Under the pieces are notes generated by a model that was given only the letters and a program-made list of their open reading frames with translations, made no database searches and was not told the origin of the DNA. A stretch of DNA of 27,395 nt. Origin: a virus (Duplodnaviria; Heunggongvirae; Uroviricota; Caudoviricetes). The translations under genes were made by a program, and so were the position numbers. The stretch is from the IMG/VR virus record IMGVR_UViG_3300027770_000034; one strand, written 5' to 3'. Of this stretch, positions 8,556 to 17,550 are shown piece after piece (positions within the stretch are counted from its first letter, which is position 1; every line of letters begins with the position of its first letter).

Positions 8556-8843
8556 ATGGATAAAGAACAAGTAGAAATAACTCTTAATAAAATATTTCCT
8601 CACATAAAACCTGAGGAGGTATCCGATATTAATTTTGATGTTCGTCACACAGCACCTGATGAGTTTACATTACATACTTCATTTATTGTTGACGGTGATT
8701 GGTGGGATAGTTTGGATACGATTAACAAAGCGGCCTTTATTCACAAAACTAAAATGAAATTAAGAAGAGATATTAAAAATTTTGCTGGTATAAATGTTGT
8801 GTTTGACCAACTTAACACAAACGTAAATGGAAGATATAGATAG
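8556..8843 (+). CDS. hypothetical protein
   Basis: 95-aa ORF tightly packed in the operon. Confidence 0.7.
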   Translation: MDKEQVEITLNKIFPHIKPEEVSDINFDVRHTAPDEFTLHTSFIVDGDWWDSLDTINKAAFIHKTKMKLRRDIKNFAGINVVFDQLNTNVNGRYR

Positions 8844-8844
8844 T

Positions 8845-9237
8845 ATGAAATACATTATAACAGAAGACCAACATAATAAATTATTGGATATAATCCTAAG
8901 GTATCTTGATAGTAATCTTGTACCACAAGGTGGGTGGAAAAATAAAAAATATTATGAGAAGGAAATAGAAAGTGGTTATGAATTGTTTTTTATGTTTAAT
9001 ACAGAAGAAGAAGATTTTGGTTGGGGAGAGAGTGCGCATATGTGGTATTCATTGTGTGACAATCCAAATTTGGACCCACCACTACCTGAACATAAATGTC
9101 CTTTGATTACTGTTGATAGTACAAAGTATGATTCACTTGATGGATATTTTGGCCCAAGATGGCAAGAAACATTTAAAAGATGGTTTACAAAACATACAGG
9201 ATTACCTGTGGTTCACGTAGAACGTCAAAATTGGTAA
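8845..9237 (+). CDS. ITE-leader small paralog-family protein
   Basis: Start set at MKYIITEDQH, just after the TAG at 8841-8843; tail FKRWFTKHTGLPV resembles 16125..16499. Confidence 0.8.
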   Translation: MKYIITEDQHNKLLDIILRYLDSNLVPQGGWKNKKYYEKEIESGYELFFMFNTEEEDFGWGESAHMWYSLCDNPNLDPPLPEHKCPLITVDSTKYDSLDGYFGPRWQETFKRWFTKHTGLPVVHVERQNW

Positions 9238-9268
9238 TGTTTATTAAGGTTAGTAATATTTATTAATT

Positions 9269-10003
9269 ATGAAAAGAAAACTTAGATTAACAGAATCCGA
9301 CTTAGTGAATTTAGTCGGAAAAATTATACAAGAACAGTCATATGAAGAAAGTGCATTTGAGGAACATATGGGAACAATAGACCATATCGCAAATCACTTT
9401 AACAATGAAACAACTGAAGATGAATTAGATTTTATGTTAACTCAAATTGAATATGAATTAGATTCCGCAGTAAGAGGTGGTGAATTAACTGATGATGAAC
9501 TTGAAGAACTTCACGATTATGCAAATGATATTGCAAGAGAGTTGGAAATGGAATTTAATTCTTTTGATAATTTAAATGAAGGTACTAAGGCTAAAAAGCC
9601 AAAAGCCGTGAGAAGTAAGAAGTCAGGAGTTAAAACTCAAAAGACAATTAACCAAAATCATGATGTATTGAAAAAATTGGTTAAAGAAGAATTGGAGAAT
9701 GATGACGAAGAAGAAGAGGAGGAAGAAATGCATCCATCACTTCAGAGACAACTTAGACATTTTGACCCAGATGAATTTACCCTCTTAGGTAGAATTAAAG
9801 TAGTCCCAAATCCACCATCAAAAACCCCTAGTTTTATTTTAAGAAATAAAAATAAAACAGAGGACGGAACAAAAATAATTGGTTTAGGTTTTGGATATGA
9901 AGATAAAGTTGTAAAATTAACAGGAGTAACGAAAAACGGAAAACCACCAAGTTTTCAAAATCCACTGAAACTAACAAAAAGACCACAAGTATTATCAAGA
10001 TAG
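9269..10003 (+). CDS. LTE-leader protein with acidic and basic low-complexity blocks
   Basis: MKRKLRLTESDLVNLV; Glu/Asp-rich N-half, KAKKPKAVRSKK block, poly-E run; TATTTATT at 9257-9264. Confidence 0.8.
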   Translation: MKRKLRLTESDLVNLVGKIIQEQSYEESAFEEHMGTIDHIANHFNNETTEDELDFMLTQIEYELDSAVRGGELTDDELEELHDYANDIARELEMEFNSFDNLNEGTKAKKPKAVRSKKSGVKTQKTINQNHDVLKKLVKEELENDDEEEEEEEMHPSLQRQLRHFDPDEFTLLGRIKVVPNPPSKTPSFILRNKNKTEDGTKIIGLGFGYEDKVVKLTGVTKNGKPPSFQNPLKLTKRPQVLSR

Positions 10004-10007
10004 TATT

Positions 10008-10035
10008 AATCCCCACCCATAAAGTGGGGTTTTTT
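10008..10035 (+). terminator. intrinsic terminator
   Basis: AATCCCCAC-CCATAAA-GTGGGGTTT followed by Ts. Confidence 0.8.
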
Positions 10036-10197
10036 GTTTAAGTGGTTGAATCGGATATATGGTCTAATTCCTTTTGATTATGTTATAAAATGATTAAAAT
10101 AAGATATGATTTATCCTATCGCATAGATTAATTACCGCCTGTATACTATGGTTATTTTTTCGTTTTAATCAACTATAATTATTATAAACAAATTATT

Positions 10198-10539
10198 ATG
10201 AAAAAAACATTATTTGCCGCTTTACTGATGATTACATCTATCGCAGCGTTCTCACAAGAAAAACCAGTATTACATAATCAGTTTTCTGATTATGTTCAAT
10301 TTAGAAAAGACCACCAAAGACCTGAATTCAATCGTCATCACAGACCTGAGTTTGAACCCCAACATTTTCCAATGCAACCAAAACCTTTGAGCGTAACGGT
10401 TAAAGGTGATAAAGTTATTGTTGTCTTCAAGAAAGAAGATTTCCAAAGGTTAAGACCAATGGTTAGAGACAGAGTTATGTGGAGAGAAATACCACGTGGT
10501 AGAGCACATCAAATGTTTATTGAAAAAATGGAACATTAA
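10198..10539 (+). CDS. secreted hypothetical protein (Sec signal peptide)
   Basis: MKKTLFAALLMITSIAAFS|Q signal-peptide pattern; HQRPEF/HHRPEF repeat. Confidence 0.75.
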   Translation: MKKTLFAALLMITSIAAFSQEKPVLHNQFSDYVQFRKDHQRPEFNRHHRPEFEPQHFPMQPKPLSVTVKGDKVIVVFKKEDFQRLRPMVRDRVMWREIPRGRAHQMFIEKMEH

Positions 10540-10545
10540 AATATT

Positions 10546-10571
10546 AACCCCACTCACAAGGTGGGGTTTTT
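10546..10571 (+). terminator. intrinsic terminator
   Basis: AACCCCAC-TCACAAG-GTGGGGTT followed by Ts; nearly identical to 7338-7366. Confidence 0.85.
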
Positions 10572-10587
10572 CATTATATTTATTAAT

Positions 10588-10884
10588 ATGAAATATGAAA
10601 TAAGCCAAGACAAGTTGAATAAATTGGGAGCAAATGTTTTGGATGACATTTATGGACCATTACACACCGAAAAAGACGGTAATCGTTATTTTGATGATAA
10701 TGGTAAGGGAAGAATTCATGTAAGAAAAAACATACCTTATATTCTCTTTAAAGACTATCAGAAAATGTCATCGGCAATTGAGGTGAACACTGGTGTTTGG
10801 GCACAAATTATTCAGTATTGGTTAAAGGATAGATACGGTAGAAATTTATTTGATGAATTTGCTTGGTTAAGTTATGATATCTAA
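10588..10884 (+). CDS. small paralog-family protein with a variant leader (MKYEISQDKL)
   Basis: Start after TATTTATT (10577-10584); tail IIQYWLKDRYG. Confidence 0.75.
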   Translation: MKYEISQDKLNKLGANVLDDIYGPLHTEKDGNRYFDDNGKGRIHVRKNIPYILFKDYQKMSSAIEVNTGVWAQIIQYWLKDRYGRNLFDEFAWLSYDI

Positions 10885-10916
10885 AAAATAAACTATTTAT
10901 AATAAACTTTACAATT

Positions 10917-11084
10917 ATGACAGACGAAGAATTATTGGTGATACAAGATGCACAAGTCGCAGCTAACTTAGAGTTACTTGCAATTCAAGACGCACAAGTT
11001 GCGGCTAACTTAGAGTTACTAGCAATTCAAGATGCAAATGTTGCCGCGGACGCTTTACTTGCGGCACAACAAGCAGGATTGTAG
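10917..11084 (+). CDS. 55-aa peptide with three 14-aa repeats (not in the ORF track)
   Basis: MTDEELLVIQDAQVAANLELLAIQDAQVAANLELLAIQDANVAADALLAAQQAGL*; the 42-bp repeats differ mostly at synonymous sites; TATTTATA at 10894-10901 upstream and a terminator downstream. Confidence 0.8.
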   Translation: MTDEELLVIQDAQVAANLELLAIQDAQVAANLELLAIQDANVAADALLAAQQAGL

Positions 11085-11105
11085 TATACCAATCAAAAAA
11101 AATTG

Positions 11106-11132
11106 AACCCTCCCATCGTGGAGGGTTTTTTT
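11106..11132 (+). terminator. intrinsic terminator
   Basis: AACCCTCC-CATCGT-GGAGGGTT followed by a T tract. Confidence 0.85.
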
Positions 11133-11163
11133 ATTTCCAAAACTTTTTTTATATTTGCGTAGT

Positions 11164-11847
11164 ATGAATATATTGAATTTTTTAAGTAGGCTCACTGGAA
11201 GACCACCGTTATTACCTAACGGGTATCCTGATATGGCGGCCGAACACAGAGATATTGACTACGAACAGATTGCAAGACGTTGGAATCAAGGTCAACAATT
11301 TTTACCTCCTCCACCACCAATACCTCAAACACCTACTGAGGAACCAGCGCCACCGATGGTTGCTGATATAGTTAATAAAATTAAAAAGAAACAACCGAGG
11401 GATTTTCCTACAACAACATCATCATTAATTCAGGAAAGGGTGTTTGTTACATGTATAACTGATATTACATCAACCCTCACTGCACCGAAAGACCCATTGG
11501 TTTTGGACCACCTTCCACTCAAACATTTTTTAGTGAAAAAGTATCCTTGGATATTGGATGTAACTGAAGTTAGAATAAAACCATTAGGTGGGGCAATTAA
11601 TGGCGGTGTGACTGATTACAAGGTTTCAGGTACAATATACTATGGTCCATTAGAAATTCACATTACGGTTTCACCAACACATCACAGTGAATTAATGAAT
11701 CCTAAAATTGAGAAAAAGGTTAGGGAAAAACTATATGTTGACCTAATATCTTTAATAACCTGTATGTATGAGAACAACAATAAAGATAAACCTATTATTA
11801 TATTTTCACCATCACATTCTGAAACAATATTAGAATATGTCAAGTAG
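11164..11847 (+). CDS. hypothetical protein with a Pro-rich N-terminal segment
   Basis: ATG at 11164 follows TATATTTG (11150-11157, host-type -7 box); PPPPPIPQTPTEEPAPP. Confidence 0.7.
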   Translation: MNILNFLSRLTGRPPLLPNGYPDMAAEHRDIDYEQIARRWNQGQQFLPPPPPIPQTPTEEPAPPMVADIVNKIKKKQPRDFPTTTSSLIQERVFVTCITDITSTLTAPKDPLVLDHLPLKHFLVKKYPWILDVTEVRIKPLGGAINGGVTDYKVSGTIYYGPLEIHITVSPTHHSELMNPKIEKKVREKLYVDLISLITCMYENNNKDKPIIIFSPSHSETILEYVK

Positions 11848-12157
11848 TAGAAATTGGTCTCATAATTCATTTGAAGATACTATGGAAAAGTTTGTCCCTC
11901 TTATCAAATTTTGGTGGATGGAGTATATGAAAGTTATTCCTGTAAATTACAGCGAATGGTCTGATACGCTTTATGTGATTGTTGAGTTTGAATTAAATCA
12001 AGAAGGTTTGGAAATGGCTCGTGGTTGGAATTATACAGAACAGGTAGAAATAACATCGTTAATGAGTAATCATTTAAGAAGATATTTTAACGGATTTTTG
12101 AATACAAATATTGGAATTAAAGAATTTAGACGACCAGCTAATTATAGTATGAGTTAG
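11837..12157 (+). CDS. hypothetical protein
   Basis: 106-aa ORF overlapping the upstream stop; start uncertain. Confidence 0.65.
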   Translation: MSSSRNWSHNSFEDTMEKFVPLIKFWWMEYMKVIPVNYSEWSDTLYVIVEFELNQEGLEMARGWNYTEQVEITSLMSNHLRRYFNGFLNTNIGIKEFRRPANYSMS

Positions 12158-12169
12158 TATTTATTTGTA

Positions 12170-12781
12170 ATGACTATTTTAATCTCAGAAGACCAATACG
12201 AAAAATTAATTAAGGCGTCTCTCAAACGCCATGCTAAAGATACAGAAACTAATGTTAAAGGAGGGATGTTCAACGTTAATGGACACCTTGTAAAATATAG
12301 TGTTGTAAATCGTAAGGGGGAATCAATTTACGTTAATTATAATTACGATGAACAAAAACGTATGGTCTATATTATGACCGACGAAAACTTCATCAAACTT
12401 AGTAAGAAAGAACAGGAAGATGCTATTGAATTCAGAATCAAGAAAGACATACAAAAAAAATCAAAATTAGACTTTATAACCGAATCAGACTCCATGAATT
12501 GGTTGAAGAGAAGAGCTAACAAAGAGTCTATGAAAAAATATATCACGAATGCAGAAATAAATTTTCCAACATTATGTGATGATTTTAATGATGAGTTTGA
12601 ATTTGCCGATAATATCATAAATTACGCGGTGGATGAATTTATGACAATTGATGAAGATATTTTTTTAGATGATAAATTTGACGAGGTAAATGAAATAATT
12701 ACTGGTATGTGTGAAGAATGGTTTAGTGAATATCTTTTTGATATTTATAGAACAACTTGTTCGGAGGAAAATGGATATTAA
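12170..12781 (+). CDS. ISE-leader two-module hypothetical protein
   Basis: MTILISEDQYEKLI; internal DFITE|SDSMNWLKRR precedes an acidic second module; TATTTATT at 12158-12165. Confidence 0.75.
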   Translation: MTILISEDQYEKLIKASLKRHAKDTETNVKGGMFNVNGHLVKYSVVNRKGESIYVNYNYDEQKRMVYIMTDENFIKLSKKEQEDAIEFRIKKDIQKKSKLDFITESDSMNWLKRRANKESMKKYITNAEINFPTLCDDFNDEFEFADNIINYAVDEFMTIDEDIFLDDKFDEVNEIITGMCEEWFSEYLFDIYRTTCSEENGY

Positions 12782-13207
12782 ATGAAAGACTTAATTAAAA
12801 AAATATTGAGGGAGGGAATGCAGATTGGTGATGATGCCCCTGATTGGGTTAAAGAATTTCACACGCTACCGAGAGAAGGAAGAATTGCTTTAATTAAAAA
12901 AAATAAAAAACAAATTGAAAAACTATTACCAAGAATTGTTGAATTTTTTGAGAAAAAACTTGGAGACAACCTTGTACAACTCAAAGTAACTAATGAAGAA
13001 GGAACTAGAGGAAGATACTACGGAAATGAAAGTTACTCAACGAATGCAATTCTTTTACAGTTTTTTTTCCATAACCGCACTCCAAATGTAACAACACTAA
13101 AAAAAGAAATAATTAATGACCTTAAATCATTTTTTAATATACACTGGGACTATTATGGTATGCCATTAGATTTGGATTTCTATAAAGCGGTTTATGAAAA
13201 ATTTTAA
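12782..13207 (+). CDS. hypothetical protein
   Basis: 141-aa ORF starting MKDLIKKILREG, directly after the upstream stop. Confidence 0.75.
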   Translation: MKDLIKKILREGMQIGDDAPDWVKEFHTLPREGRIALIKKNKKQIEKLLPRIVEFFEKKLGDNLVQLKVTNEEGTRGRYYGNESYSTNAILLQFFFHNRTPNVTTLKKEIINDLKSFFNIHWDYYGMPLDLDFYKAVYEKF

Positions 13208-13208
13208 T

Positions 13209-13451
13209 ATGAAATACGTTATAACAGAAAGACAACATAGAATTTTAGAAAAAACTATAAATGAACAATTTGATAGTGAAAGACTATATTCAAAAAAAGA
13301 AATCTTAAGATTACTTAAAGGTGCCCCAAGAGAGTTAAAACAAATTGCAAAAAACCTTCCAAACATACCTTGTGAAAATGACAATGGTGAAAGAACGATT
13401 TGCACAAAAATACCAGAAACTATTCACGTTTATTTGACAGGTAGATATTAA
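13209..13451 (+). CDS. ITE-leader hypothetical protein
   Basis: MKYVITERQHRILEKTINEQ; start placed just after the upstream stop at 13207. Confidence 0.75.
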   Translation: MKYVITERQHRILEKTINEQFDSERLYSKKEILRLLKGAPRELKQIAKNLPNIPCENDNGERTICTKIPETIHVYLTGRY

Positions 13452-13478
13452 TTTATTATCATTTTAAAAAACTATAAA

Positions 13479-13916
13479 ATGAGTAAAGTTAAAATTTCTA
13501 CACAAAAAGGTGATATGATTATTGAGACATATGATAATCAAACACCAAAGACGGTTGCAAATTTCCTTAAATTAATTAATGACAAATTCTACGATGGTTT
13601 AAGTTTTCATAGAGTTATTCCAGGTTTCGTAGTTCAAGGAGGTTGTCCAAATGGTCTTGGTAACGGTGGACCAGGTTATACAATTGAATGTGAAACATCT
13701 GCACCAAACCAATTCCACGATAAAGGAGTATTGTCAATGGCACACGCAGGACCAAATACAGGAGGTTCTCAATTCTTTATCTGTCATGGTAGACAAAACA
13801 CACAACACTTAGACGGTAAACACACATGTTTTGGTAGAGTTGTTGAAGGTCTTGATGTAATTGATAAAATTATACAAGGAGATAGAATGACTTCTGTTGA
13901 AGTTTTGCCTGATTAA
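13479..13916 (+). CDS. cyclophilin-type peptidyl-prolyl cis-trans isomerase
   Basis: FHRVIPGFVVQGG, LSMAHAGPNTGGSQFFI and HLDGKHTCFGRV are canonical cyclophilin motifs. Confidence 0.95.
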   Translation: MSKVKISTQKGDMIIETYDNQTPKTVANFLKLINDKFYDGLSFHRVIPGFVVQGGCPNGLGNGGPGYTIECETSAPNQFHDKGVLSMAHAGPNTGGSQFFICHGRQNTQHLDGKHTCFGRVVEGLDVIDKIIQGDRMTSVEVLPD

Positions 13917-13921
13917 AATTA

Positions 13922-13947
13922 AGACCCCTCACTAAATGAGGGGTTTT
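13922..13947 (+). terminator. intrinsic terminator
   Basis: AGACCCCTCA-CTAAA-TGAGGGGTTT followed by a short T run. Confidence 0.75.
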
Positions 13948-13961
13948 GTATATTTATTATT

Positions 13962-14651
13962 ATGGGTAAAAAATTTAAAGTTAGACTTACTGAGCAAGAA
14001 TTTGGTGAATTATTAGCCAAATCTTTAATAGATAAAATTTTAGGCGGAGGACTTAATAAAGATGAGATAAAGAAAATGCTTTCAAGTGAAGTACCAAGCA
14101 AAAGTAATACAACTGGAGGCACAGGTGCTGGCGAATTCAAAGAAGTAGATTTAAATAGTTCTGAAGGATACAACGCATATAAACAAATTGCTGATAAATT
14201 TATTCAAAATAGGTCATCTAATCTTTTAGGTATTACTGGTGATATGTTAGCAACTGCCGCCAAAAATACTTTTAATAAGTATAAAAAATATGTTCCCGTT
14301 GAATTATCTCTTGCCCAATTAGCAGCTGAAGGAGGATTTTCAAGTAATCCAAATGCAAGACCAATCAAAACAAAGAATCCATATAATGTTGGAAACACAG
14401 ATAATGGAAAAAACATAACCCACCCATCAGTTCAAGACGGTATTCAAACGTATTATGATTTAATTGCAAGAAGATATCTTGCGGGCAACAAAACAGCATC
14501 AGATTTAGTTAAAAATTTCGTAAATGCTGATAATCAAAGATATGCGGGAAGTGGTTACGAAGATTTAGTTAGAAAAATTGTTGGTCAAGCTAAAAATATG
14601 TCAGAACCGATATTTGCTTCACTAACTAAAAAAGGTTCCGATATTGCATAA
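13962..14651 (+). CDS. LTE-leader protein with a GH73/glucosaminidase-like (lysozyme-fold) peptidoglycan hydrolase domain
   Basis: AQLAAEGG (catalytic Glu position), NPYNVG, S..DGIQTYYDLI and RYAG resemble FlgJ/GH73 motifs; leader MGKKFKVRLTEQEF. Confidence 0.7.
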   Translation: MGKKFKVRLTEQEFGELLAKSLIDKILGGGLNKDEIKKMLSSEVPSKSNTTGGTGAGEFKEVDLNSSEGYNAYKQIADKFIQNRSSNLLGITGDMLATAAKNTFNKYKKYVPVELSLAQLAAEGGFSSNPNARPIKTKNPYNVGNTDNGKNITHPSVQDGIQTYYDLIARRYLAGNKTASDLVKNFVNADNQRYAGSGYEDLVRKIVGQAKNMSEPIFASLTKKGSDIA

Positions 14652-14653
14652 TT

Positions 14654-14911
14654 ATGGATATTTCGTTTACTGAAAGAATTATCTTAGAGTATCTCAGTCA
14701 TAGTCATGTACATACAGATTTCAAAGTAAAAGAAATCAAAAATGAAACCGTTTCTACTTACGATGGTCAATACCCTTCATTTGAAGTTATCTACGAAGGA
14801 AAACAACCTAAATACGCTATGTCAAGGTTGGAGCTTACAAAACAAATAGAAAAATATACAACCCTAAAATACAACAAAGATTATTGGATTGGTATAAGTT
14901 GGGAAGAATAG
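14654..14911 (+). CDS. hypothetical protein
   Basis: 85-aa ORF in the operon. Confidence 0.7.
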   Translation: MDISFTERIILEYLSHSHVHTDFKVKEIKNETVSTYDGQYPSFEVIYEGKQPKYAMSRLELTKQIEKYTTLKYNKDYWIGISWEE

Positions 14912-14924
14912 GTATTTATTATTA

Positions 14925-15518
14925 ATGAAAATCATAATAACAGAAGGTCAGTACAATAGACTTAATAAAAGTAGTCAAAGTATTACAAATGCTATTATCA
15001 AATATATGAACGAATATATTGGTAAGGGCGAAAGAAAGATTACTAAGCAATCTCGTAATTATGGAAATTTTCGTGAGGATTGGTGTATTAATGGAAAAGA
15101 AACTATTTCAGCCTTTTATTATTTTGAAAAAGGTGAATTCCAAAAAGGGAGTTTGTTAATCTCAAAAAAAATAATAGAAAGCCTTTCTAATTTATTGAGT
15201 ATAAGACGTTCCTATGTTATTCATGTAATTGAAGAATGGTATGATAATACTGTGGTTCCAAAATTTGAAGAAATTGTTGGTGAGTCAGGATTATCAATTA
15301 ATGATGTAGATGTATTGGATAAAGAACATCCTTGTAGACAAGAACCTGTCAAGCCAAAGGGAATTACAGACGAAGAGATGATAGACTACATAGTCAATAA
15401 TACTCTATATTATAAAGATGATGTTATCGGTAAAATAGAATCAGGAGAAAGAGACCTTGATGACTTTTACTTGGACATTGTTGATACAGTTAAACGTAAA
15501 GAACAATTAGGATTTTAA
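14925..15518 (+). CDS. ITE-leader paralog-family protein with a C-terminal extension
   Basis: MKIIITEGQYNRL; VIEEWY; TATTTATT at 14913-14920. Confidence 0.8.
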   Translation: MKIIITEGQYNRLNKSSQSITNAIIKYMNEYIGKGERKITKQSRNYGNFREDWCINGKETISAFYYFEKGEFQKGSLLISKKIIESLSNLLSIRRSYVIHVIEEWYDNTVVPKFEEIVGESGLSINDVDVLDKEHPCRQEPVKPKGITDEEMIDYIVNNTLYYKDDVIGKIESGERDLDDFYLDIVDTVKRKEQLGF

Positions 15519-15519
15519 T

Positions 15520-16125
15520 ATGAAAATTATAATAACAGAACAACAGGCCAACGAATTATTAACGTCAAGGCTTGAAGACATGTTTAATGGTTATGAAACT
15601 AAATTTGAAGGAGACTTAAGAAACATTTATGTTAATGGTAAACTTATGGCTCAATTGGGTCCATCAAGTGGTATTGTTTCTTTAGATGCGTTTAATGAAT
15701 TAAAAGACAATTTATTTTTTAACTCTGATAAAGATTTAAGAGATGATGTTGCTGATTGGGTCAGGAATAAATTTAAGTCCAAAAATAATATTGGAAAATA
15801 TGGAATTTCATTTAAAAAATTACATGGGCAAGAAAGAGATTTACCAAAAAAACCAAAAAAACCTCATCACGCCACACGTCAAGATAAATTAGAACCAGGA
15901 TTTAATCTTAATGCGTTTAAAGAAAGAACAGGTAACATTGAAACAAAACTTAAAAATAAAGAAGATTTAATTCGTGCAGCAAAAGCAAAAATGAATCCTG
16001 ATAGTTTTCAGAATTGGTGGAAAAGAGATACGGACAAACATAATGAAAGAGAGAAAAAAGAAAAAGAAAAACAATTATCGGATATATCTAAAGCGGTTGC
16101 CAAATTAAAAACCGACAATAAGTAA
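15520..16125 (+). CDS. ITE-leader paralog-family protein with a basic C-terminal extension
   Basis: MKIIITEQQANELL; VADWVRNKF; Lys-rich tail. Confidence 0.8.
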   Translation: MKIIITEQQANELLTSRLEDMFNGYETKFEGDLRNIYVNGKLMAQLGPSSGIVSLDAFNELKDNLFFNSDKDLRDDVADWVRNKFKSKNNIGKYGISFKKLHGQERDLPKKPKKPHHATRQDKLEPGFNLNAFKERTGNIETKLKNKEDLIRAAKAKMNPDSFQNWWKRDTDKHNEREKKEKEKQLSDISKAVAKLKTDNK

Positions 16126-16499
16126 TGAAATATATAATCACAGAGTCAAAATTTGAGAATTTAGTTATTGAGTATCTTGATAAAATGTTTGACGTTACTG
16201 ATATAAATTGGACAAATCCTTACGACATAATAGATGATGAAACAGGTGAAGAAGGCGATGATGAAAGTAGAATTTTATTTTATATTGGTGACTACAACGG
16301 AGGTGATGATAGATGTTTTATGTGGTATGGTTGCGAATATTTTGATAAAGGAAGTAAAGCAAGAGAACTTTGTCCAATAGTACAACTTGAGCATCCATAT
16401 GATATTCAACTTAATGGATATTTTGACGATAAGTGGCACGAACCATTCAAAAAGTGGTTCACTAAAAACTTTAATTTACCTGTCAAAACTATAGAGTAA
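16125..16499 (+). CDS. ITE-leader small paralog-family protein
   Basis: MKYIITESKFENLV; FKKWFTKNFNLPV. Confidence 0.8.
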   Translation: MKYIITESKFENLVIEYLDKMFDVTDINWTNPYDIIDDETGEEGDDESRILFYIGDYNGGDDRCFMWYGCEYFDKGSKARELCPIVQLEHPYDIQLNGYFDDKWHEPFKKWFTKNFNLPVKTIE

Positions 16500-16828
16500 T
16501 GGTTAAAGAATTTCAAGTAAAAGGATTGGAAAAGTTAATTAACTCAAGTGCAATCAAGGAAATTTATCCTATGGTTGACCATATTGATGTTCGTTATAAT
16601 GGAGATTTATATGCACCGAGAGGGTGGGGAGGGATGGAGTTTGACATATTTTTGAATGACCCAACTATCACAAAAGAAAACATGTATGACAAAGAATTGG
16701 ACCCTCATTATTTAGTGGACTATCATATAAAACAATATCTACCGTATTTCAACATTGATAAATCAATTTCAAGTTTTATTGTTTGGGATTTGGATGGTAA
16801 TATTATCTATAGCTTTAAAAATTATTGA
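16499..16828 (+). CDS. hypothetical protein
   Basis: 109-aa ORF coupled by TAATG. Confidence 0.75.
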   Translation: MVKEFQVKGLEKLINSSAIKEIYPMVDHIDVRYNGDLYAPRGWGGMEFDIFLNDPTITKENMYDKELDPHYLVDYHIKQYLPYFNIDKSISSFIVWDLDGNIIYSFKNY

Positions 16829-16944
16829 AAAAACATTCTAAGATACGTGGTTACATAATCTTCGGGACTATGTTAGGGTTTACAGTGTTCCTACTCTATG
16901 TTATTTATAGGATATACGTGGTTTTTTTTTCTTGGTGGATTTAA
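16825..16944 (+). CDS. putative 39-aa single-pass membrane protein (not in the ORF track)
   Basis: TTG start overlapping the upstream TGA; MKKHSKIRGYIIFGTMLGFTVFLLYVIYRIYVVFFSWWI*; fills the gap up to the HNH stop. Confidence 0.45.
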   Translation: MKKHSKIRGYIIFGTMLGFTVFLLYVIYRIYVVFFSWWI

Positions 16945-16945
16945 G

Positions 16946-17524
16946 TTATTTTAAAAAGTAACGTTTTGTTTTTTTATCGTACCCAACGGTTCCATTTTTA
17001 TAAAGTTCAAATACAATTTGCTCGGCCTTTGCATGACAATTGTTGTGTTCCAAAATTGTACATATATCTAAATTATTAATATTATTATTTAGTTTATCTC
17101 CGTCAATATGATGAACAACCTCATTTTCCAATAATTTTCTGCCTATATTATTTTCAATAACGATAATGTGTTGTCTAACCCAATCTTGTTCAGGCCTGTA
17201 TGGATGAGTTTTTCTAACATAAACTTCATAATATCCACCTTTTGGTTTTATTATTTTTCCAATCTCACCTTCATACTTTTTATTCCTTATTTTTCCTGCT
17301 ATTTTACCACCTAAACTTTTTGAATCACATTCGTTACAAAAATGTTTAAAATTATTATTTCTTCTATTTGTTGCAATTTCGTGTATATTTCTGTTAAAGA
17401 TATTATTACAATTATCGCATTTTAATTCAGCTACCTGCCTTTTTCTTTTATACTCAAATGACTTACCGATTGAACTTTTTTTTAAAAAAGTACCCTCAAT
17501 TAATTTAATTTTATTTAACCACAT
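16946..17524 (-). mobile_element. free-standing HNH endonuclease gene, probable homing endonuclease
   Basis: VHHIDGDKLNNNINNL..EHNNCH HNH motif; N-terminal CDNC..CNEC zinc-ribbon; sits directly downstream of iscA. Confidence 0.85.
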
Positions 17525-17525
17525 A

Positions 17526-17550
17526 TAAGATGTTTATTATAAATATCTTA
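17526..17550 (-). promoter_or_regulatory. 11-bp hairpin immediately upstream of the HNH start, containing a TATTTATA box
   Basis: Minus strand reads TAAGATATTTA-TAA-TAAACATCTTA-T-ATG (one A-C mismatch); box at 17538-17545. Confidence 0.7.

Noticed and set aside
10917-11084. 42-bp tandem repeats as a CRISPR or DNA-level repeat
   Set aside because: No spacers, variation is synonymous in one frame, and there are no cas genes; this is a coding repeat.
4833-16499. Diversity-generating retroelement explaining the paralog variation
   Set aside because: No reverse transcriptase and no template/variable repeat pair differing only at adenines; the paralogs are far too diverged.
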